DNA of 41,298 bases from Chiloscyllium plagiosum (lineage: Eukaryota). The notes under the pieces were generated by a model. It was not told the DNA's origin. It ran no database searches and saw only the letters and a list, made by a program, of their open reading frames with translations. Both the position numbers and the translations under genes were made by a program. The stretch covers positions 47,332,716 to 47,374,013 of the forward strand of contig NC_057719.1 in NCBI RefSeq assembly GCF_004010195.1. Reading direction: 5' to 3'. Of the stretch, positions 22,901 to 34,866 are shown one piece after another (the stretch's first letter is position 1; each line of letters starts with the position of its first letter).

Positions 22901-25900
22901 TGACACAGTGGTTAGCACTGCTGCCTCACAGCGCCAGTTTAGTTCCCGCCTCAGGCAATAGTCTGTGTGGAGTTTGCACATTCTCCCCATGTCTGTGTGG
23001 GTTTTCTCCCACGGTCCAAAGATGTGCAGGTTAGGTGAATTGGCCATGCTAAATTGCCCATAGTGTTAGGTGAAGGGGTAAATGTAGGGGAATGGGTTTG
23101 GGTGGGTTGCTCTTCGGAGGGTCGGTATGGACTTGTTGGGCCGAAGGGCCTGTTTCCACACTGTAAGTAATTTAATCTAATTAAAAATTTCCTAAAGAAA
23201 TGCTCTACAGCAAGCTCTTCAATTATAAGTAATCTCTAACAGGGCAGAGGACAAGGATGTCTTGAAAACCTCCCTAAATAAATGCAACATTTCTGCTGAC
23301 ATGTGGGAGTCACTTGCCCTAGAATGCATGAATTGGAGAAGAAGCCTCTGTGAATTGAGTACGTAGAGGCTAAGTGAAAAGAGTGCACAGAATCTAGAGT
23401 GTCCCATTCACCCACCTGCCCCGCCTGAGGCAGAGTGTGTGGCTCCATTGGACTATTGGACTATTTAGTGAGTACAGAACCCACTACCTCCTATCACCTC
23501 ACCATCCCCCCGCAACCTGCCGGTCAGCCCGTTTACAACCCTCCACCGCACTCACTGGCTGAGTGGAAGCAAATCATCTTCAGCCCTTAAGGACTGGCAA
23601 AGCAGTAGACTGAGAAAAGATAGAAGAGAATTAAAAAGACTTTGCATTGCTCTGAAAGAAAAGCTTCCTGTTCATCTTCACCTTAAATGATGGGAGATTT
23701 TATTTTGAAACTGTACTCAGTTCTTGATTCCCAAACCCCCGCCCCGAGAGGAAATGTTTTCTACTCCATCAGGACCCATCAGTATCTTGTATTTCAATTG
23801 ATTGTCTCTTAGTCTTCTAAACTGTAATGAATAAAGAAGTAGTCTGCTTAACCTTTCTTCGTAAAATAGCCCCTTTCATCCCAGGAATCAGTGTTGTGAC
23901 TTTCTCAGATATACTTAGAGTCATAGAGATGTACAGCATGGATACAGACCCTTCGGTCCAACCCGTCCATGCCGACCAGATACCCCAACCCAATCTAGTC
24001 CCACCTGCCAGCATCCAGCCCATATCCCTCCAAATCCTTCCTATTCATATACCCATCCAAATGCCTCTTAAATATTGCAATTGTACCAGCCTCCACCACT
24101 TCCTCTGGCAGCTCATTCCATACATGTACCACCCTCTGTGTGAAAAAGTTGCCCCTTAGGACTCTTTTATATCTTTCCCATCTCACCCTAAACCTATACC
24201 CTCTAGTTCTGGACTCCCTGACCCCGGGGAAAAGATTTTGCCTATTTACCCTATCCATGCCCCTCATAATTTTGTAAACCTCTATAAGGTCACCCCTCAG
24301 CCTCCGACACTCCAGGGAAAACAGCCCCAGCCTGTTCAGCTACTTGCTTTGGAAGCAGTTAAATCTTTCCTTTACTAAGGAGATAAAACAGAACACCGTA
24401 CTCCAGATGCATTCTGACCAATGTCCTGTTCAGTTGTAGTAAGATTTTCTAACTCTTGAACTCTATTCCTCTTGCAATAAGTGCTAGCATTCCACTTGCC
24501 TTCCTAATTGCTCTGGTCTCTTTGTACTGCAATGTTCTACAGTCTCTATCCACTTGCATGATATTCTGCATTTTCAGGTTTCCTGCCAAGGTGGATAATT
24601 TCATACTTTGCAATATTGTATGCATCTGCCAATTTTTTGCCCACTCACTTAACTTGTTTCAACACTTTTTGAAACCTCCTCACAGTGTGTTTTCTTATCC
24701 TTGAAGGAGACTTGGTGAGTTACTGTGGTGCAATCTTGTAACTGGCATACATTGCTGTGACTATATGTTGGCATTGGAGGGAGTGAATGGTTAAAGCAAT
24801 GTATGTGATACCAATCAAACAAGCAGTTTGTCTTGGATGATGTCAAGCTTCTTGAGTGTTATTGGAGCTGATGGATTATTCCGTCACACTCCTGACCTTG
24901 CCTTGTAGAAAATGGAAAGGCTTTGGAAATAAAGAGATGAGTTCACTGCAGAATTTAAGGAAACGGAGAGTGTGACTGATGGGGATGTGGGTAGTGTGGA
25001 TTTAGAAGAGGTTGCAAAAGAGGTCCAGCAAATGTTGGTTGTGTCCAACCAGTAAGAACTAGAATAGAATTATAAAAGTAATAGACGATTTTATAATAGA
25101 GGATAGATAGCATCTTCCGTAACCAAGAACATCAATCCCAAAGTGTGTGGCCTAGCAGATCCAAGGATATGGGATATTTCACGTCACCTGTAAAGGAAGA
25201 GACAAAATAATTAGACAAAAATAAAATCCATGTGAATAAGGATAAAACATAATAAAGACTTAGTCACAGGTGCAGGTGTCGTCTACAGATGACCTAATGA
25301 TGAAAGTGAAGGAAGAAAAATGTAGACAAGTTAGGGAATTGGCTTTTTTAAAGAAAATGGGAGATTGTCACTACCTTGATATTAATTGCTAGGAAGATGC
25401 TTATGAATGCGAAGTGGAGAGTTGAGGAGCAATATTTTCACTTAGAGGTTGGTAGGATCTGGAACTCCCTTCCAGGAAGGATGATTCAGTCAGAAACTCT
25501 TTTGATATTTAAGCAGTATTTAGATAGTCATGTATATTGTCAAAGCCTTCAGAAGCAAAAACGAAAAATGGGATTAATGAAGTCAGATTTTGTCAACATT
25601 GTGTAGGCACAATATGCAAAATGGCTCCCTTCTGTGCTGCATTGAGTTCATGAACAGTAGAAGTAGCTAATGGAAATAAGGGAATGGAGTTTCTACAATG
25701 TGTATTGTTGATTTTCTGATCCAACGTATAGTTCAATAAGGGAAGTTTTTTTTTATTGGATCCGGTAATGAGAATAAACCAAAATAGATATGTATGGCAA
25801 GACATTGCTACATTAGTCATACATTATGTTTTGAGATAGGTTGGGGATAAACTGAGTCTGAGGGGCTGAGATTATAGGCTTTGCAAAGAAAAAGGCAGTA

Positions 25901-28900
25901 ATGGCAAGCAACAATGTAGAACAGAAACAAAAGCATTTAAAGTGATAAACCTGTTCCACTAAAACGAAAGAACAGACTTAACAAAAATTCTCTGGATGAA
26001 TAAAGATATCAGGGAATAATTGAAGGTTAAGAAAGTCAACAGAGGGTAGAATAAGAAACTGCACACAGTCCAGGCTTATGAGAAGCATCACTGATAACCA
26101 ATCCTGTGCAGTATGCACTGTAAACCGCTAATCTGACCCAGCCAGCCTGACCAAGCAAGGCAGCCATAATGGCTGAACCAGAAAACCGTGACCAGGGCAG
26201 ACATGAGATGCTCAACAGAACATCAATAGATAAAGTGAGAAGGTATGATAGTGAGTTAAACCTGATGAGTATGTATTACTAATATGCAACACCGGTGTAT
26301 CTGGTGAATTGAGATATATTCAGTGCACATGATGGAAATGCCTGGTACTTGTGCTTCCTCTCAGCCATGCGGCCTCAAGGAAGCTCCGTGCACAGTGATC
26401 AGCGTACAGATTCATGGATTCCACTTTTGGAAGCCAATACCGTGCACAGACCTCAGGGGTTCACACAATCGCAAGAAAAATTATAAGGAACTTTGGCTGG
26501 CACCCAGTCTTGTATGTGACAGTCTGCTTCATTGGATAACTTCCCCTATTTGTGAAATTAGTAATTAAAGCTAAGGCAGCGACCTTGATAGAAAATAGAA
26601 TATTACAGCGCAGTACAGGCCCTTCAGCCCTCAATGTTGCGCCGATCTGTGGAACTAATCTAAAGCCCATCTAATCTATGCTATTCCATTTTCATCCATA
26701 TGTTTATCCAATGACCATTTGAATGCCCTTAAAATTGGTGAGTCTACTGCTGTTGCAGGCAATGCATTCCACGCCCCTACTACTCTCTGAGTAAAGAAAC
26801 TACCTCTGACATCTGTTCTATATCTATCACCCCTCAATTTAACACTATGTCCTCTCGTGCCAGCCATCACCATCTGAGGAAAGTTGCGCTCACTGAGAGC
26901 CCTCATCTAACCCTTTGATTATCTTATGTCTCAGCTAAGTCACCTCTCCACCTTCTTCTCTCTAACGAAAACAATCTCAAGTCCCTCAGCATTTCCTCAT
27001 AAGTCCTTCCCTCCATACCAGGCAACATCCTAGTAAATCTCCTCTGCGCTCTTTCCAAAGCTTCCACATCCTTCCTATGATGAGCTGACCAGAACTGCGC
27101 ACAATATTCCAAGTGCGGCTGCACTAGAGTTTTGTACAGCTGCAGCATGACCTCATGGCTTTGAAACTCAATCCCTCTACCAATAAAAGCTAACACACCA
27201 TATGTAGCCTTAACAACCCTATCAACCTGGGTTGTAACTTTCAGGGATCTGTATACATGGACACTGAGATCTCTCTGTCATCTACACTAGCAAGAATCTT
27301 ATCATTAGCCTAATACTCTTTATTCCTGTTACTCCTTTCAAAAGTGAATCACCTCACACTTTTCTGCATTAAACTCCATTTGCCACCTCTCTGCCCAGCT
27401 CTGTAGCCTACTATGTCCCTCTATAACCTGCAACATCCTTCAGCACTATCCACAGCTCCCCCGACCTTAGTGTCATCTGCAAATTTACAAACCCATCCTT
27501 CTATGCCCTCATATAGGTTATTTATAAAAATGGCAAACAGCAGTGGCCCCAAAACAGATTCTTATGGTACACTACTAGTAACTGAACTCCAGGATGAACA
27601 TTTCCCAACAACCACCACCCTCTGTCTTTTTTCAGCTAGCCAATTTCTGATCCAAACTGCTAAATCACCATCAATCCCATGCCTCCGTACTTTGTTCAAT
27701 AGCCTACTGTGGGGAAACTTATCAAATGCCTTACTGAAATCCATATACACCACATCAACCGCTTTACCCTCATCCAACTGTTCGGTCACCATCTCAAAGA
27801 AATCAATTAGGTTGGAAGCATGACCTACCTTTCACAAAACCGTGTTAAGTATCCCTAATCAACTTATTCCTCTCTAGATGATTAGAAATCCTATCTCTTA
27901 TAATCTTTTCCAACATGTTACCCACAACCGAAGTAAGGCTCGCTGGTTTATAATTATCAGGGTTGACTTTACTCCTCTTCTTGATCAAGGGGACAACATT
28001 TGCTATCCTCTAGTCTTCTGGTACTATTCCTGTAGACAATGACAACATAATGATCAAAGCCAAAGACTCTGCAATCTCCTCCCTGGTTTCCCAGAGAACC
28101 CTAGGACAAATCCCATCCAGCCCAGAGGACTTTTACCTATTTTCTCACTTTCCAGAATTGTTAACACCTCCTTGTGAACCTCGAGCCCGTCCAGTCTAGT
28201 AGCATGTACCTCCATATTCTCCTCGACAACATTGTCTTCTTCCAGTATGAATATTGATGAAAAATATTTATTATGCGCTTCCCCTATCTCCTCAGATTCC
28301 ACATACAACTTCCCACTACTGTCCTTGACTGGCCCTAATCTTTTTCTAATCATTCTTTTATTCCTTATATACCTATAGAAAGCTTTAGGGTTTTCTTTGA
28401 TCCTATTTGCCGATGATTTTTCATGTCCCCTCTTGGCTACTCTTAGCTCTCTCTTTCGGTCTTTCCTGGCTAACTTGTAACTCTCAAGCACCCTAACTAA
28501 GCCTTCAACTCTAATCCTAACATAAGCCGCCGCCTTCTTCTTGACAAGAGATTTAGCTTCTTTATTAAACCATGGTTCCCTCGCTCGACCACTTCCTCCC
28601 TGCCTGCCAGGCACATACTTATCAAGGACACGTAGTAGCTATTTCTTGAATAAGCTCCACATTTCAATTATGCCCATCCCCTGCAGTTTCTGTCCTCATC
28701 CTATGCATCCTAAAACTTGGTTAATTGCATCATGATTGCCTTTCCCCCAGCAATAACTCTTGCCCTGTGATATATATTTATCCCTTTCCATCGCTAAAGT
28801 AAACATAAGTGAATTGTGGTCACTATCACCAAAGTGCTCCCTGACCTCCAAATCTTTAACACCTGACCAGGTTCATTAACCAGTAGCAAATCCAATGAGG

Positions 28901-31900
28901 CCTCGCTCCTTGTTGGCTTGTCTACATACTGTGTCAAGAAACCATCCTTCACACATTGGACAAAGGCTGACCCATCTAAAGTACTCGAACTATAATATTT
29001 CCAGTCAATATTTGGAAAGTTAAAGTCCCCCATAACCATTAACCTGTCACTCTTGCTCCTGTTTAGAATTATCTTTGCTATCCTTTTCTCTACATCTCTG
29101 GAACTATTCAGAGGCCTATAGAAAACTCCCAACAGGGTAACCTCTCCTTTCCTGTTTCTAACCTTAGCCCATTCTACCTCAGTAGACGAATCCTCAAACG
29201 TCCTTTCTGCCACCATAATACTGTCCTTGACTAACAACGCCACACCTCCCCCTCTTTTTACCACTTTCTATGTTCTTAGTGAAACATCTAAATCTCAGAA
29301 CCTGCAACAACCATTCCTGCTCTACCCATTTCTCCGAAATGGCCTCAACATTGAAGTCCCATGCTGTAACTTTGCCCACCTTATTCTGGATGCTCCTGGC
29401 GTTGAAGTAGAGACACCTCAAACGACCTTCCTGCTTGCCGGTGAACTCTTGCGAACTTGAAACCTTATTTCTGACTTCACTACTCTCAACCTTCTCTATC
29501 GCTCTCTCTCTCTCTCTCTCTCTCTATCGCACTCTCCTCTCTATCGCGCGCTCTCTCTCTATCGCGCGCTCTCTATCTCTATCGCTCTCGCGCTCTCTAT
29601 CTCTCTCTCTCTATCTCTCTCCGTCCCCGACTGTAACCCAGCTGCCTTTGTCTTGCAGCTGAGGAGTGACTACCCCTGTAACCCCCTCTGCCTCCCGAAT
29701 GATCCGAAGTTCATCCAACTCCAACTCCAGTTTTCGAGGAGTTGGAGTTGGGTGCACTTCCTGCAGTGGAAGTCAGCAGGGACACTACTGGTGACTGCTA
29801 CCTCCCACATTCTAAATTCAACTGCCCTAACCTCCATTTCCACTATTCTAAATTGCCAAAGAGACTGTTGAAAAACTTTTAAAAACTGGTTCCCTTACCA
29901 ATCTGGCGCACAGAACTTTTTTTTGGTTAGAGAACGAGGATGGGTGGGAGATACTGCCTAAGTAGTGTAACGCAACCACCCAAATGTATTACTTACTTAT
30001 TCAGCAGTCCCGTGTCCACTCCTGCTCAGCGTGCTCTCCACCTATTTACGAGGTAAGTTTTCAAATCAGTGATTCGCCTTTCCATCAGACCCCTGGTCGA
30101 CACTCCCGTTTTTGCTCCTACTGAAACAAAAAAGTGGCAGTCTTTGGTTGGGGTGGCCTCATGTTGCCTGCTGTCAAAAGCAGTACATCCCTTCTCTCTC
30201 ATGACCTGCAGAACATCTAGGCATGTGTAATTGGAATGTGCAGCCACATTTTGTCTGCTCTCCGATATTTCCAGGGGCAAGTAGCAGGAGCCCAGCAGAG
30301 GTTATAGAACATAGAAAAATACAGCGCAGTGCAGGCCCTTTGGCCCTCGATGTTGCGCCGATCCAAGCCCACCTAACCTACACTAGCCCACTATCCTCCA
30401 TATGCCTATCCAATGCCCGTTTAAATGCCCATAAAAAGGTAGAGACCACCACTGCTACTGGCAGAGCATTCCATGAACTCACGACTCGCTGAGTAAAGAA
30501 TCTGCCCCTAACATCTGTCCTATACCTACCACCCCTTAATTTAAAGCTATGCCCCCTCGTAATAGCTGACTCCATATGTGGAAAAAGGTTCTCATAGTCA
30601 ACCCTATCTAAACCCCTAATATCTTGTACACCTCTATCAAGTCACCCCAAACCTTCTCTTCTCCAATGAAAACAGCCCCAAGTGCCTCAGCCTTTCCTCA
30701 TACAATCTTCCTACCATACCAGGCAACATCCTGGTAAACCTCCTCTGCACCCGTTCCAGTGCCTCCACATCCTTCCTATAGTATGGCGACCAAAACTGCA
30801 CACAATACTCCAGATGCGGTTGCACCAGAGTCTTATACAACTGCAACATGTCCTCAGGAACTCAATTCCTCTGCCAATAAAAGCCAGTACCCATATGCCT
30901 TCTTCACCGCACTATTTACCTGGGTGGCAACTTTCAGAGATCTGTGTACATGGACACCAAGATCCCTCTGTTCATCACACTACCAAGTATCCGACCATTA
31001 GCCCAGTACCCCATCTTTTTGTTACTCTTACCAAAGTGAATCACCTCACACTTAACTACATTGAACTCCATTTGCCACCTTTCTGCCCAGCTCTGCAGCT
31101 TATCTATATCCCGTTGTAACCTGCCACATTCTTCCTCACTGTCAACAACTCCACCGACTTTCGTATCATCCGCAAACTTGCTCACCCAACCTTCTAGCCC
31201 CTCCTCCAGGTCATTTATAAAAATGACAAACAGCAATGGTCCCAAAACAGATCCTTGCGGAACACCGCTAGTAACGGCACTCCAAGATGAACCTTTACCA
31301 TTAATAAAGGTCGAGTGATGCTCCTAGAAAATGCTCAGAAGATTTAATGTTCTGCTTGCGCATGCAATGGCCTGAGAAGAACAGAATCACATAAAATCGA
31401 CCTAAGCTACCTGTGAGTGGAAGTACTTTCTACTTTAGGTGCAGCACCACACTTGTCTTCTAAAAGAGAGGATTCTATGCAAAGTGATCTTGGACTACAA
31501 ACACATGCTGCACTGTGGGTTAGCAAGATCATGTCTTTTCTTTCACAAAAGACAAGCCATACCCTAGAGTTTACTTTTCGAGAAAAGGAATTGAAAGTTG
31601 GTAGATTATGCTCAGCCTGTATTGAAGTTTAGTTCAATCACACACGAGAGAACACCTGCAGGTTTGGGCACAATATTAAAATTATATTGCAGCATAATAA
31701 GGGGTGCAGGGAATATTTACAACGATGATACAAGAAATAAATGAGTTAGTGTGTCAGGAAAGGATTGACAGACTGGATCTCTTTCTTTGGAATAATGTAC
31801 GCTGAGAAGTGACCTATTCGGAGACTTCCAAATAGTGGTTACAGAAATAATGTTTTCTCTGTGAGACAGAGCATACGTAGTGATCATAAGTATAAGATAC

Positions 31901-34031
31901 CAAGAAATCCAGCCAAGAGTTCAGAAAAAGCACTGTCCAAAGAGTGGTGGAACTATGCAGCTTGCTACCACAAGGAGTGGTTGGTGTGAGTGTATAGGCG
32001 TATTTATGGGTGAGCTCCATGAGCATATGAGAAAATGATAGATTGTTATCATGGTTGGTTTAGGTGAAGGTTTTGGGGAGGATGTTTGAGCGCTGTATAC
32101 AACACCGCCATGGACTGGGTGAGTGAATGGCTTTTATCTGTGCAGGTATCCCAAGTAAAACAGTTCCAGGCTTGCAAACCACCCTCTTCTAGTCAAGGAA
32201 TACCATGTGAGCATTTGGAGCAGATGGGACTGAGAGTACAGGACAGTGGGATTAGTTTTGGTTTTAAGAGTTGACACGGTATGTTAGACAAAATAGTTCA
32301 TGTTGTAATCAACTGTAATTTTATTAAACCAATTATATTCATACTGCTGCTTCAATTACATGAATCTGAACAGACTCTGATTGGAACCCGTGATCTTGGT
32401 TGTATGTATGATTCAGCCTTTGGTTGATGAGCCATTTGGCACTGTATAGTTTTAAATGTATTAAGAAACATTAAACATTTAGTTAGTGTATTAAATTTAA
32501 CTTAGATTCTGTCAAGCTTCTTGATAGACTAATTGGATTCTTCATTGGCTTGCTTCCATGTATTTTATTAAATGGCTATTTATCATTTATGTACAAACAT
32601 AAATACTAACAATTTTTAAATTTCAAAATATTCATATTATGAATGCTGTACTTTTAAAATTACTTATTTTGACCATCATGTTCTTCCCCAGGTACCTTTT
32701 TAGAAGGTGGGTGTGAGATTTATTCCCTTGAAGTTGCTATAGTTGCTGTGAATTAGTTTGAGTCATAGCTGAGAGCAGCCTGGTGATACCTGCTCTTTTG
32801 TGAGGAGATATTTGGCCTCTGTTGTGATTAAGTAAAAATTTGGAACTCATTGGTGTGGATATCTGTAGGTAAACTCATTTTGCAGCATTATGCATGATTG
32901 CTTCAGAATTATATTTCAACATAGGCATATTTACATTTCTTAAGTGAATCCCTCTGCAATCCTTACTTTGCACCGTGTTTTCAAAATGATTTCCTTCGAT
33001 TTTTTTTTTCCCTTTGCTCCTCTGTTTTGTGTTCATCTTTTTATTTCACCCTTCACTTTCAATGAAGAGCATATAAATTACCACCATTGCTCAGCAGCTA
33101 GTTTTAGTATTTGTCTCTCTCCCTTTATCCGAGAATGTTACTTGTTACTCTGCCTCTGCTTCTTGTTTTCTCTTTCCCTTTTCTACGCGTTCCTACTGTG
33201 AAACACTTCCTAATATAAGCAGTGAGCTGAAAATTCTATCAAAAGTCCAATAAATTCAAAACATTACAATATAAATGTCATTTAGTATGCATTCATATAC
33301 ATCAGTTATTTATTATATTGTATCATTTGTGGCACATTAGATGTGAAACCAGTTGAGGGAGTGCTGCATTGCTGTCGGTAGCTTCTTTCAACAAGTGCCT
33401 TCTTATTCAGCTAGGCATAAAATCTCCTTTTGAATACGAGTAAATTATTTAGTGTCCTACATTTATCTAGGAAACAAAAGTGACTGCATATGAAGTTTTT
33501 GGAATATTTCTTGCAGTTGTATTGATTTAGCTCTGGCTGTTTAGCAAATAAAGTGATTAGTTTTCAGAATAGATATTACATAACCAGCTGTATTCTCCTA
33601 TTTTAATTTTATCTTGCTACTTTTTAATTACTCAGAGACTTTTTGTACCTGTGGATGAAACCAGTTTGCCTGCACAACTGCCTTCAGAAACTAGCCTGGA
33701 TAAAAAACTCCTGGAAAAATTTGGCACCACAGAGGAGGAGCTTGACTCTCAAAGTGAAAGCAGCAAGGATTGTGTTGTGTGTCAGAATGCTCCTGTGAAC
33801 TGGGTTCTGCTGCCTTGCAGACATGCCTGTCTGTGTGACTGTTGTGTGAACTACTTCAAGCAATGTCCCATGTGCAGAGAGTTTATTGCAGAATCTTTTG
33901 CCCTCTTACGAACAGAAGAAGAAGTTGGTGCAGTTAAAGGTGATGATGATAATCGGACATCTGAAGGTATCTGGGAAGAATCGGATGAAGAAAACATTCA
34001 CAATGATGTAAATGAACAGCTTGATATTTAA
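1872..34031 (+). CDS. CGRRF1: Cell growth regulator with RING finger domain 1; join(1872..1975,2071..2210,17833..18010,19593..19740,20620..20727,33636..34031), about 357 aa
   Basis: Six exons with GT-AG boundaries splice in frame (104+140+178+148+108+396 = 1074 nt). The translation [17 protein letters not shown]...QVKNPFALE...YWGCNVHKL...[14 protein letters not shown]...CRILYQYLL...[37 protein letters not shown] is recognisably vertebrate CGRRF1. Confidence 0.96.
2071..2210 (+). CDS. CGRRF1: CGRRF1 coding exon 2
   Basis: Acceptor aaacag|[47 protein letters not shown]; donor G|GTAATT. Confidence 0.95.
2416..2502 (+). mobile_element. 87-bp hammerhead-bearing Penelope-derived short insertion
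   Basis: CTGATGA-A-GAGT-catctaa-ACTC-GAAA-CG-TT at 2420-2450. Flanked by an 18-bp direct repeat with 3 mismatches (2398-2415 / 2503-2520). Confidence 0.6.
3253..3454. mobile_element. Palindromic Penelope-derived short element
   Basis: 77-bp inverted arms (3254-3330 / 3339-3415, 3 mismatches). TSD TAATAAACTTTGTT (3239-3252 / 3455-3468). Confidence 0.8.
4385..5100 (-). mobile_element. CR1-like LINE 3' fragment, degraded
   Basis: Similar to other CR1 3' ends here (ggcaacatcctagtaaac, accagaactgcacataatattc = EYxVQFWS motif on the minus strand). Confidence 0.7.
6134..6905 (+). mobile_element. Penelope-like retroelement 3' end (GIY-YIG C-terminus, CA-rich tract, terminal repeat with hammerhead)
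   Basis: 6134-6226 translates [29 protein letters not shown] (PLE-type GLN C-terminal motif). Hammerhead CAC-CTGATGA-A-GGAG-cagca-CTCC-GAAA-GC-CA-GTG at 6784-6818. Confidence 0.75.
8560..8578 (+). other. Primer binding site, tRNA-Ser(AGA)-like
   Basis: TGGCGTAGTCGaGCAGGAT, 2 nt after the LTR-terminal CA. The recalled complement of the vertebrate tRNA-Ser(AGA) 3' end is TGGCGTAGTCGGCAGGAT. Confidence 0.8.
8802..9001 (+). repeat. Degenerate (AACTG/AATTG)n pentamer array; second copy at about 10363-10572
   Basis: Direct reading; near-identical in both internal regions. Confidence 0.9.
9003..9641 (+). repeat. 80-bp tandem repeat, 8 copies
   Basis: Units start at 9003, 9083, 9163, 9243, 9323, 9403, 9483 and 9563. 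Unit CATAATGTAACACATGTATTGGGCCAAGCAGTGGAATGTGGTGAAACRGTTAAAAATTATGTCCCAATACATGTGTGAAT. Confidence 0.97.
10070..10087 (+). other. Primer binding site, tRNA-Ser(TGA/CGA)-like
   Basis: TGGCGCTGCGAGCAGGGT, one mismatch to the recalled complement of the tRNA-Ser(TGA) 3' end TGGCGCAGCGAGCAGGGT. Confidence 0.75.
10576..10895 (+). repeat. 80-bp tandem repeat, 4 copies
   Basis: Units start at 10576, 10656, 10736 and 10816; all carry the AAACGGTT variant. Confidence 0.97.
14610..14804. mobile_element. Rearranged Penelope-derived short element
   Basis: Same family as 3253-3454, with internal re-starts. TSD CCTATGACTATTTA (14596-14609 / 14805-14818). Confidence 0.75.
15731..16226 (+). mobile_element. 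CR1-like LINE 3' end (young)
   Basis: [12 protein letters not shown]...[13 protein letters not shown]...FKRHLD and 3' UTR ending ctatgactct. Confidence 0.9.
17007..17150 (+). mobile_element. Short CR1-like 3' end
   Basis: Matches 16083-16226. Confidence 0.8.
17833..18010 (+). CDS. CGRRF1: CGRRF1 coding exon 3
   Basis: Acceptor ctttgcag|[62 protein letters not shown]; donor |GTATCCTTT. Confidence 0.93.
18011..19592 (+). other. U12-type (minor spliceosome) GT-AG intron 3 of CGRRF1
   Basis: 5' splice site GTATCCTTT. Branch-like TTTCTTTACC at 19571-19580, about 13 nt before the AG, with no polypyrimidine tract. Confidence 0.85.
18150..18430 (-). mobile_element. Old L2-like LINE 3' fragment
   Basis: Minus strand [11 protein letters not shown] resembles the L2 ORF2 terminal FKxxLKTxLF motif. 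Confidence 0.5.
19593..19740 (+). CDS. CGRRF1: CGRRF1 coding exon 4
   Basis: [49 protein letters not shown]; donor |GTAAGT. Confidence 0.95.
20154..20441 (+). mobile_element. HE1-type tRNA-derived shark SINE
   Basis: A box TGGCTCAGTGG, B box GGTTCAATT, LINE-like 3' end and (AATCT)n tail. Confidence 0.85.
20620..20727 (+). CDS. CGRRF1: CGRRF1 coding exon 5
   Basis: Acceptor tcttcag|[37 protein letters not shown]; donor AAG|GTAGGT. Confidence 0.96.
21907..22283. repeat. Inverted duplication, 177-bp arms with a 23-bp spacer
   Basis: 21907-22083 is the reverse complement of 22107-22283, with about 6 mismatches by eye. Confidence 0.95.
22600..23610 (+). mobile_element. Degraded RTE-clade LINE fragments (interrupted by a SINE)
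   Basis: [15 protein letters not shown] (RT) and [22 protein letters not shown]...WRR (RTE C-terminus). A similar 3' end lies in reverse near 14985-15200. Confidence 0.6.
22890..23181 (+). mobile_element. HE1-type SINE
   Basis: Homologous to 20154-20441. Confidence 0.85.
23917..24340 (-). mobile_element. CR1-like LINE 3' end (young)
   Basis: High similarity to 15731-16226 in the opposite orientation. Confidence 0.9.
26588..30050 (-). mobile_element. Long degraded CR1-like LINE (most of ORF2, ORF1 largely deleted)
   Basis: [43 protein letters not shown] and [14 protein letters not shown] on the minus strand. Confidence 0.9.
29494..29620. repeat. Compound (CT)n/(CTAT)/(CG) microsatellite
   Basis: Direct reading; lies at the ORF1 deletion point of the LINE. 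Confidence 0.9.
30304..31300 (-). mobile_element. 5'-truncated CR1-like LINE (RT to 3' end)
   Basis: [12 protein letters not shown]...SKFADDTK...[10 protein letters not shown]...WNALP. Confidence 0.92.
33636..34031 (+). CDS. CGRRF1: CGRRF1 coding exon 6 (C3HC4 RING and stop)
   Basis: Acceptor ttactcag|[11 protein letters not shown]...[36 protein letters not shown]...QLDI*. Confidence 0.96.
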   Translation, partial: RLFVPVDETSLPAQLPSETSLDKKLLEKFGTTEEELDSQSESSKDCVVCQNAPVNWVLLPCRHACLCDCCVNYFKQCPMCREFIAESFALLRTEEEVGAVKGDDDNRTSEGIWEESDEENIHNDVNEQLDI

Positions 34032-34545
34032 TGGAAAAAGTAAATAAATTTGGCATGTACAGCTTTTACAATACTGAAGGTCTGTGTGCAATCTAGAGTC
34101 ATAAGCCATGAAGAAGGATGACATAAGATGTCTTGTAATTAAGTTATTTAAGACATTATTGAGATTCTGAGTAGGGATAATGTTTACTTGTATGTGTTAA
34201 GGTTCAAAGGAATTATATTAACAAGTAGGTTAATCGTTTAAACTTCTCCAGGAACACAATAACATTTATACAGTTTAATTTAATTAAATTAGTATTTGAC
34301 ATTTTTAAACATCAACTTATTGCTGCACCAGAAATTGTTTCAGGTTCTTGCAAGTTTAAGTGGTAATTATATTCAAATCTTCACACATTTTATTTTACTT
34401 CAAATCATGATCTTTCTCTTATCTATTTCAAAGAATCTTAGTGATTATGCCTGTTACAACAAAACTTATCATGGACCGGACACTAATTTAAGAATAGGAC
34501 CTGTTTAGAATTTTTCATCTGTTTCCCAGCTACAGTCAGCAATGG

Positions 34546-34866
34546 TTTGATTAGATTAGATTACTTTACAGTGTGGAAACAGGCCCTTCGGCCCAACAAG
34601 TCCACACCGACCCGCCGAAGCGTAACCCACCCATACCCCTACATTTACCCCTTACCTAACACTAGGGGCAATTTAGCATGGCCAATTCACCTGACCCTGC
34701 ACATCTTTGGACTGTGGGAGGAAACTGGAGCACCCGGAGGAAACCCACGCAGACACGGGGAGAACGTGCAAACTCCACACAGTCAGTCGCCTGAGACAGG
34801 AATTGAACCCGGGTCTCTGGCGCTGCGAGGCAGCAGTGCTAACCACTGTGCCACCGTGCCACCCAC
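34546..34866 (-). mobile_element. HE1-type SINE, full length
   Basis: Reverse complement of a tRNA-like head (A/B boxes) and (AATCT)n tail. Confidence 0.88.

Noticed and set aside
31308..31403. C/D snoRNA-like arrangement (AGGTCGA/TCGACCT stem, GTGATGC, CTGA)
   Set aside because: Box C is imperfect and the CTGA is about 20 nt from the terminal stem; it lies within a probable TE remnant.
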